Assembly (NCBI GenBank): GCA_020536535.1
Contig: JAHLWZ010000452.1
Span: forward strand, 1-64,000
Length of the DNA: 64,000 bases
Direction of reading: 5' to 3'
Origin: Pelomyxa schiedti
Lineage: Eukaryota; Protista; Evosea
The position numbers and the translations under genes were made by a program. Positions 55,873 to 64,000 of this stretch are shown here, one piece after another (position 1 is the first letter of the stretch; each line of letters starts with the position of its first letter). The notes beneath the pieces are model-generated. The model was not told the DNA's origin and searched no databases. It worked only from the letters and a program-made list of their open reading frames with translations.

Positions 55873-57987
55873 ATGGCGAGTAGTGAGCAGCAACGACGTG
55901 CTTCCGAGTGGGTGTCGTGGCTGGCTCAAAGGGGCGGAGGTGCGTCGCACGGAGGGGGCGGTACAGCTACAACTGCCATCAGGCTGGCGGCCAACGACCG
56001 CACGTGGGCCGTGTGCCGGTCCATTATGGGCGGGCCCTATCATGGCCGAGGCCGCCGCGGGCCAGAACAAGGGCAACAGGTGCCGGGAACGCGGGGCTGC
56101 GTGGGCGACGCGGGAGCGGCTCCAGGGGGACACCCGGAGGCCCGCGCTGAGGAAGCCTCGGAGGCCCCGCAGGTGGCACAAGCACGAGCGAGGGTTCAGT
56201 CTTTGAGGCGGTGTGTAGTTTCCTACCTGCTTTGTTGTTTGTTTGGTTGTATTTATTATGGTGAGTCACTAATTTATAGTGCGGTTCAAGTGACACGGAG
56301 CAAGATGGATGACCTGATGAGCAATCATCTTAGACATGAAGAAAATGTGTTTGCTGCTCGGGAAAGAGATGACTATACTCGGTACATTGCTTAAGTCGTT
56401 TAAGGTGTAAGTACGACTTACAAATATCAGTTGCCGCGCTGAGCTCTTCGATGCTTATGCCAATGCATCCAAAGAATCTGCATCCGTGGTTCAACAAGTG
56501 AGAACACGTCTAACAGCTATTTTGAGGCAACTACTACCTGATAGTGCGCAACCTGTATCACCATTCAACGAGGCAACCCTCTAGACACAGATCAAATGAA
56601 ATAACCGGGGCACTAACCTGCTGCAGAGTCTCCAAATGATATCATCTAAGCTAAATGGAATCGCTTCATACTTGAACTCCGAAGTTGTGCACTCCCCTAG
56701 CGCAAAACAGCTCTGTGCTACTTACGCAGAAGGTTCTGATAAAAACTGCCGGCCTCTCCCTCTAATATTCTAATTCCATGGAAGAAATCGTGTCATCTAT
56801 GCCAATAAGTACGGCACTGAGAATTTGTACTATACTTGCTGAAGAACAATCCAAAGACCCTTATTTAGCTCGGTGGAAATCTCTCACTGCATCTCAACCA
56901 TCACCCACGACCCATACTGCAAATGAGTATCTTCAATGCCAAAGTAAACAGCTGCAACGTAGCCAACAAAGGCGCGAGGAGGAGCTTTATACCTCTATAC
57001 TGAACACGGACATATCACTTCAGCTTTCAATCCTTTCAAACCAAACTGCCTGCAAGATTCCTGAACCCCCAAAAGAGCAACTGCCCGTCTATGTCGTGGA
57101 TAGAGCAACACTGGCAGCACTCACGTCTGCAACAGCAACTGCCAAGACATTCATAACCACGCTTTCTGACATGTTCTCACCATCCCAGCGCCAATCCGTC
57201 GAGCAATCTCTTCTGCATCTCGATCACGCTCTGTCCGCAGTCTCGTTTTCAAGGAGCGGCAAGTCTCACCGTACATCACAAGTTGCTGCTGCATGTTTGA
57301 GAATGTGCTTGCCGGCTCCCACTGGAAGACTTTGTGTACATTCTGAACAATGTCTTAATACCTTGAGAGAGGCAAGCAAGACAATACAGAGCGCCATACA
57401 GGCGTGCCAAGCCGTGAATTGTACAAAATCTGGCGTCTCTGCATCCATAGAAAATAGTATTTTTTGGGCCGCACATTTCCCCAGGAATCCATCTCCCTAT
57501 GATTGCACTTTCCAATTGCCAACGGTGAAGTTTTCCATCCCCCCTCTGCGCACAACACTTCATAGTAGCAGTTGTTTGAGTGACTTCAACCGGGCAATAT
57601 GGTCAGAGCAGCTGTATTATGCTACAAAGGATACTCATGAAATGAACAAAATAGCGGCGGAAGAACTTCAAATAAAGCAAGAACAGGAGTGGCTATTGCA
57701 ACAGCAATTAGGCTCAGGCCTCTCCAATTCCGCAATAGCGAACACAATCGCCCAAGCGAGATCGGTCTGTTCCTCTGTCGAGAAAAACAACCAGCACTTA
57801 CAAAGAACACTACTGCCTAAGATCCATGCAGCGCACGCCCGCACCCTCAAAGCCATAGATTTCGCCAAGTATGTATCTTGCCCCACCCCCTTTTTTTTTG
57901 TTATGCCATTTTGACTTGCCCAACACAACAAGATCTGAGGTGTCAAAAGCTGCAGGGGATTACGCCACCCAACCTGCGTTCCGTGAA
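55873..57987 (+). CDS. Hypothetical helical/coiled-coil protein (multi-exon)
   Basis: Linked plus-strand ORFs including a 378-aa exon, with GT-AG boundaries. Confidence 0.55.
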
Positions 57988-58125
57988 TAGAATCACTACC
58001 CCTCCACTAATCGTTGTTGTGATAATAAAATAGCTGTTTTGAATCGCACTTGTCTCTTTCTGTTGTGTGAGGCTCCTTCATTTTCCTTCTGGGAACAACA
58101 CTGCCGGCAGACCAGACGATCAAAG

Positions 58126-59114
58126 ATGATTAGGCCCCGACAACAGTGCGGTGATGCGTTGGATATCGCTAGATCTTGCGGGGAATTAAGTGTTGGGGGT
58201 GCGTCTGAGGAGGAGGTTGTGGCAGCGGTAAACAGACACGTAGATGGAAAAGTTCGTAGTGTGCTACTTGGTGCGGCGTCATCTGGGCCAGAATCTACGT
58301 CGCCTTTGTCTGGAGATTTCACGCTAGAAGTTAGACAGAGCGGTGTCCCTGGCGCAGGAAATGGGGTAGATCTGGCGGAGCCATCTCCTCTTGCTGTTTT
58401 CCTCTGTTCTGACTTCCGCGTAGTTGTTTGTGGCCAGCGGCGCTGTGCGTGGGGGTGATGTAATAACTTTGTATCCTGGTACTGTGTACGGACCAAAAGA
58501 GCAATCTTTCATGTATGCCCTGGTCTTTACCGATAACGATTACCTTGTCACACGGTAAGGACTCCTTTCTCAATTCTGAACGACTCACAATGCCCAGGTA
58601 TGACAGTGTTGTTATCGATGGAAAGATGAAGGAGGGCTCTGCCTCTGCCACTGCACTTAAAGTAGGAACTTTTTCCAGTGTTTTTACTTTGATACCAAAT
58701 GCATATTCATACTGTGAAAAGTGAAGAATTTTCAAACAAGAGACAATGCTATGAGGAAACCACGTTGCAGAAATATGGAGTCAGTAGCACTAGGCAATTG
58801 TAACCAAGTCGCCCCACATTCCTTGTTCTGAATTTATGGGCAGATATCAATCACAGTAAAACCGCAAAAAATGCCACTTTCTGGGATGTCGATATTCCCA
58901 TTGACGACCCCAACACATCCCCTTACATTCCAAATGTGTTGTTCACTGCAAGTACTCACTTGTGCATAAACACAATCTGGCTTCTCATTCTTTTACAGGC
59001 AATCGACCAGTACCTAGTGTCGCGGTAGTAGCCCTGCAGACTATTCCAACAGGCTCTGAAATCTTTGTTGACTACCGGTTCAAGCCACATTCAGCTCCCA
59101 GCTGGTACTCATGA
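58126..59114 (+). CDS. SET-domain protein, SETD9-like
   Basis: FTLEVRQSGVPGAGNGV, VITLYPGTVY, RYDSVVIDG, ALGN-INHS, YIPNV, VVALQTIPTGSEIFVDYR. Confidence 0.78.
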
Positions 59115-59209
59115 TAATCCACTCCCAAATCTACGTCGATTATCCAAAACAAAACATACAGCAAAACAAAGACCAACCACTAAAACATTCCAAAGTTAAT
59201 TACAAGTGA

Positions 59210-59770
59210 ATGAGTGCCCACGGGCCCTCACACCCAACACCACAACCACCAAACTCCAACAACAAGGCCCCCCTGCGGGTACTGGCCATCAGGCCCGGAT
59301 TCGGGCGCCTAACCACTGCCTTCAAAGCCCACTACGGCCCCAGCTTCGCGACCGCCGACGTGCCGGACCGAATACCCGCGTGCGCCTCGTGCCCCGAGAT
59401 GGCCTCCCTGCGCTCCGCCGTCGCGGCGTTCCGCCCGGACGTGCTGGTGTCGTGCAGCCGCGGCGGCGCCTATCTCAACTTGGTCCTGGCGTCGGGCGCG
59501 TGGGCGGGGCCCAGCGTAATCATGTGCAGCTACGGCTGCGGCAGGCTCGACGCGGAGCCGTTCCCGGCCCGCGTGCCGGTGCTGCTGACTTATGGGAGGA
59601 GGGACCCCACCGGGTACGACGTGGGCAGAATCAGGGCCCGGGCCGCCACGGGCACGCCGGGAATGGTGAGGTTCATTTTGACTGAGGACGGGCACCACCC
59701 AGCCTCTCTTGTTGATACTGGCAAGATATTCCAGCTGATAGAGGAGCTGGTGACTTGTGGGAAACTATAG
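59210..59770 (+). CDS. Small alpha/beta-hydrolase fold protein
   Basis: DVLVSCSRGGA nucleophile elbow, VPVLLTYGRRD, EDGH. Confidence 0.65.
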   Translation: MSAHGPSHPTPQPPNSNNKAPLRVLAIRPGFGRLTTAFKAHYGPSFATADVPDRIPACASCPEMASLRSAVAAFRPDVLVSCSRGGAYLNLVLASGAWAGPSVIMCSYGCGRLDAEPFPARVPVLLTYGRRDPTGYDVGRIRARAATGTPGMVRFILTEDGHHPASLVDTGKIFQLIEELVTCGKL

Positions 59771-59835
59771 AATGCGAAAAAGAACTGTTTCAATTGTTGG
59801 AGAGACCAAAAGTTTTGGCTGAATGGGACTTTGCA

Positions 59836-61379
59836 TTAGAATGTAGAGAGAATGGTTGTGGCTCTCAAGGTTGCCTTTAGCTCGGGATTGCCGTCCGCAA
59901 TTGCAGTTAAGAGATCGCGAGAGCGCTCTCTGGTTGACGTGGAAGAGTTTTGTTTCCATGAGGGATTATCCATCAAATTTGATAGTGCCTCAAGCAAAGT
60001 GCATCTAAAATCATCTTCGTCCTCTGTCCTATTTTCAATCTTGTTGTTGTGAAAAGAAAAGAAAAAAAAAAGGAAGAAAAGAGAAACCCTACTAAGATAA
60101 AACGCTGGTTGTGGGAGTGAGGGGGAAAAAAGTCCATACCTCCCTCAGGACTATATCATAGAGAACGTCCAGGTCATTCTGGTAAAAGAAAGGATTCCCA
60201 ACGTCACCACCAATATTGCTCCTCTCAAGAATTGCAGAAATCAGAGACATCACACTCTGATCCACAGCCCTATTTAGAAGGCAAATCATGGGGTTCCCCA
60301 ATTCCCGCGCTTGTTCATTCATAAACAAGCAGTCGAGCACCGCATTCCCACTGCCCACCAAGTCCAGTTCTTCCTCAGTGCCATTGGAAGTGCTTGTTGC
60401 GGTTGCATTCTTCTCACATAGGCCATGAGCGGCAGCGAGGCACACAATCAGGGATGATGCCACAGGGTCGTCTACTCCACCGTCTGCGCATCGCATGGAT
60501 GCAACACCACACAGCATCAATGCCAAATCGGTGTCAACGGCCAGTAGAGAAGCCGGCAAGCTCGAATTGGTTGTGCAGATGCCGCACAGCTGAGATAACA
60601 GACCAGAACACCCCAGAAGTAGTTCTTCATCGCTCTCCGATGAGGCAAATGTCAACCCATCCAGCAGCCACCCCACGCAACCATTCCGGCACAATCCCAT
60701 ACAAGCAATCACAGGAACCTTGAAAATTAGTTCGTTACGTGCTTAGCGCGAGGTGATATTCAACCACTCCATCAGTCTATAATTAACTACTCGAGAATAC
60801 AAGATTGGCACGCGAGAGGGAGTGGATCACAACCGTTTCACACAAAGCAGAGCACATCTTTATAAGCAGCAGCAGAGACTCCCTGCACCGAACAAACTCC
60901 TCCTCGCCGCAACACCCCCCCGCGGACGGCGGGGCCTCCTCCACCGCGTCCTCGACGTCGCCGCCGGAAGAGCGGCCGCCGCCGCAGGAGCGGCAGGCGC
61001 GGGCCAGCAGCGAGGCCGAGGCGCCGATGACCGCGAACATGTCCGCGTGGGACTGGCAGAAGCCCTCCACCCCGCACGCCTGCGTCTGCGCCAGCAGCTG
61101 GCACAGCGAGGTCACGGCGTCGCAGGCCCCGGCCGTGGTCGTGGGCCCCTCCTCCTCCCCCTCGGGCTCCGCCGGCGCCGCCGCGCACGAGTCTGAAGGG
61201 GAGGCAACGGAGGCCGCTGTGGAACACGTGGAAGAGGAAGAGGAAGAGGACGAGGACTCGAGGGCGGCTGCTTGGCGATACAGCTCGGCCGCTGCACGAG
61301 GGGACGTCTTGGCCAGTTTGTCTGCCTTGGCGAGCAACACAGCTCTTTTCCTTTGCCTCGCCGCTTCGTCTTCGCTCAT
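59836..61379 (-). CDS. SPIN90/Ldb17 (WISH/DIP)-like armadillo-domain protein
   Basis: ELGNPMICLLNR..FFYQNDLDVLYDIVLRE resembles the FYxND motif of the SPIN90/Ldb17 leucine-rich domain. Confidence 0.6.
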
Positions 61380-61435
61380 TTGAATTCCTTTGACTCTTTG
61401 ATTGGTTACAGGAACATGCACATTTAATTAAATCT

Positions 61436-62010
61436 ATGGCCACGAGCCCCAGGCAACAACGCTCGGGGGGCGAAAGCAACGCCTACCGAGAACAAGGTGG
61501 CTCGGTGGAGCTCGAATACACCTTGCCGCCCCTCGTCCCCTCGCCCTTGTCCTGCGACGGCGAGTCCGAGAGCTACCTCGAGCGAATACCCGTTCCGGAT
61601 CTAGAATCGGAATGTAAGTCGTCGGCGGCTGTAGCTGCAGCGACCGTGGGGGACCCCTCAGTCTCCGCGGCGTCGAGCTCCTCGTCGATTATGAGCTACA
61701 CGCCGTCCTCGTCGGCGGACCTGCCCTTGTCTGAAATTCTGGAGCGAACATCGCTCCTCGATGGAAAGAACGGGCGCCGTCTCGTTCTCGAATGTTCCAT
61801 CTGCAACGCACTCACAGCATCCTACGAGGTTGGCACGCTCTTCTTTCTTTTTGTTTCTTCTTTCTTCGTGATGAGTCTAACCCCTAGTGCCTAGTGTGAT
61901 CGGTGTGGAAAATTACTGTGTATAGTTTGTGCAATTCATGATAGGAGAAAGGACAGAAGGCGAACACTATGCGGTTCTTGTGTCGCACACAAGAAGCACC
62001 TCAGGTGGTG
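61436..62010 (+). CDS. Hypothetical Ser-rich protein
   Basis: 152-aa ORF with a GT donor after LECSICNALTASYE; 3' end unclear. Confidence 0.4.
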
Positions 62011-62289
62011 CTGCTATGTGTTTGTGGTTCTTACTGTACTGTCGTTTATATTTGTGTTTATTGCTGTGGTGTTTATGGTAAAAAACGGAAGGCTAAGCCC
62101 GTTTGATTCGTCTTTGGTTAAACCGAGTTTTATTTTTCTTTTTTACACCCAAGAGTGATGAGTGGTGCAATGCAAGGACTTTGCATTGACCTCCTATCGC
62201 CGTGGGAGAACAAACGTTACATTTCCGCTGGTTTAGGGTGTGCCTCTACAGTAAGGTTAGAATCATATAAAAAAACGGGTTGTGGAAAT

Positions 62290-64000
62290 TACTGGAACGT
62301 CAATTTTTGATTCTCTAGCAATCCAGCGACCTCTTGTAGTTTGGTTATTGCTTTTCGGAGAGCTTCCAACTTCTTATCACATCGTTCTGTAAACCGGTCA
62401 TTTAATTTGGGGGACAGTGAGAGGCTAACCTTCTTCTGTCATTTTCTCCATCTGCTCGTCTGAGATTCCGAATCCCTCGCGGAAAATTTCTGGCCAGTTC
62501 CACTTGGCATTCGTACAGAAAGGACAGGGGAAAGTATCATCTGCTGGGTGTTCGTGAACCTCCTCGTGGGATTCCTGGAGAGGTGTCTCCAGTTCGGCTC
62601 TGGGTTCTGGTGGGAAGTCTTCAGGCGTAAAGATGGGAAGAAGGTTATCGAGATCCGTATCCAAGTCTTGTGCTGCAGAATCCGCCTTGTCACCAACTTT
62701 GTCGGCGTCTTTAGCAAGTTTATCAAGCTCCTTTGCCAGGTCTTCAGCCTTCTTTTGAAGAGCCGCATCTTCTGGGTGCTCTTTCGCCTCATCGAGCACA
62801 GGTTGAATTTCATCCGCTCTGTGCTTCAGATCATCTGCGATGTGAGCAACGTCATGGGCAAGCTTGTCGGCCTCATTGGCATGATCAACAAGATCCTTTC
62901 CGACTTCGGGTGCAACTTCAGGGGGAAGGACAAAGGTGCGTGCTTTTTCAACGTCTGGCTCACCCTTCTTGGCATGATCTTCCAAATCGTCAGCCAGCTT
63001 TTTCGCGTCATCAACAACCTTCTGGGGATCAATATGCTCGGGGTGTTTGGCGTGCTCTGCATCTTCTGGGTGTTCTGGGTGCTCGGCGTGTTCCGGGTGA
63101 TCTTCGGGTTTGTGTACGTCGTTCGCTTCATGTAGTGCTTCTTTTGCCTTCTTCTTGGCCTTTTCAGCATCCTTGTCAGCTTTCTTTGCTTCGGCAAGAG
63201 CATCAAGAGCTTTCTCAAGTGCAGGGAGAAGTTTATCCTTATCTGGTTCTTCTTCCTTAAGGGCTTCTTCGGCTTCATCCGCCAGTTTATCGGCGTGCTT
63301 TGCATGATCATCTGCTTTATCAGCTTCCTTCTTGGCATCTTCTGCTTTATGCAGGATATCGTCCTTGATAAGTGGGGCTATTTCCAGTGGGTGTACGATT
63401 TCTTCTGCCTGCTGTGCAATTTCTTCTGTCTGCGGCTTCTTCTCGCGTGCTACATTAGCAATATCATGGGCTTGCTTTGTGGCTTTCTTTATCTTTGGAA
63501 TAATATCTGACGGATCCACAGGGGATGGAACGGGTTCAAGTTTTTTGCTGTCGTCCAGCGCATCCTTAGCATCCTCCAGGGCTTTCTTGGCTTTCTTTAG
63601 AGCTTGTTTGGCATCATCTAATAACTTGTCTTCCTCCTCAGGAGTGAGAGGCTGTTCAAGAGCCTCCAACGCTTTGTCATCTACTTCTTTAGCATCATGT
63701 ATAGCGTCATGCGCATCACCCTTTGCAATGAGAGCTTTATTGAAAGCAGGGTCGTATCCTACTGGAGGAGTGTCGGGATTTACTGCACCTACATTCTTGG
63801 CAGTATTAACTGCGTCTTGGGCAATGCTGTCGGCTTCGACAGCTATCGGGAGTGCTTTATCAGCAAACTGCTTGGCGACTTCTGCTTTGGATGGGATATG
63901 TGGCTCATAGTCATGTGCCTTCTTGAGTTCCTCCATTGATTTACCATGGTCTTTATCAGCATGGTCTTCCTTTCCTTCTGTCTCAGTTTTAACGTCATTG
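62290..64000 (-). CDS. Large acidic Ala/Glu/Lys/Asp-rich helical-repeat protein (5' end outside window)
   Basis: >500-aa ORF of repeated helical hairpins, HPEH repeats and a C-terminal CPFC. Confidence 0.75.

Noticed and set aside
55873-57987. HAUS/augmin subunit assignment
   Set aside because: Only a general coiled-coil resemblance; no diagnostic motif recognised

Overview
Gene-dense eukaryotic scaffold segment with about 30 protein-coding genes, many short (~40-70 nt) GT-AG introns, very short intergenic spacers and four 100-N gaps. Gene content (RasGEF, SAM-RapGAP, twinfilin, SPIN90-like, TKL kinase, RUVBL2, UFD1, RBM42) and intron style suggest an amoebozoan protist; an anaerobic archamoeba such as Pelomyxa is my tentative guess. 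The outstanding feature is at 50678-52445 (+): a 9-exon gene whose spliced ~446-aa product is a fused HgcA-HgcB homologue. It has the corrinoid cap-helix motif NVWCAAGK, a membrane domain and a 2x[4Fe-4S] ferredoxin with CMECGAC, GVGC and a C-terminal CC. This is the prokaryotic mercury-methylation system present as an intron-containing eukaryotic gene. Second, a minor-spliceosome (U12) AT-AC intron next to a 7-nt micro-exon rebuilds the DFG motif of a kinase. Several pseudoenzymes and unusual domain fusions are also present. Duplications beside gaps look like assembly or haplotype artefacts. All exon models were derived by hand and no database searches were run.
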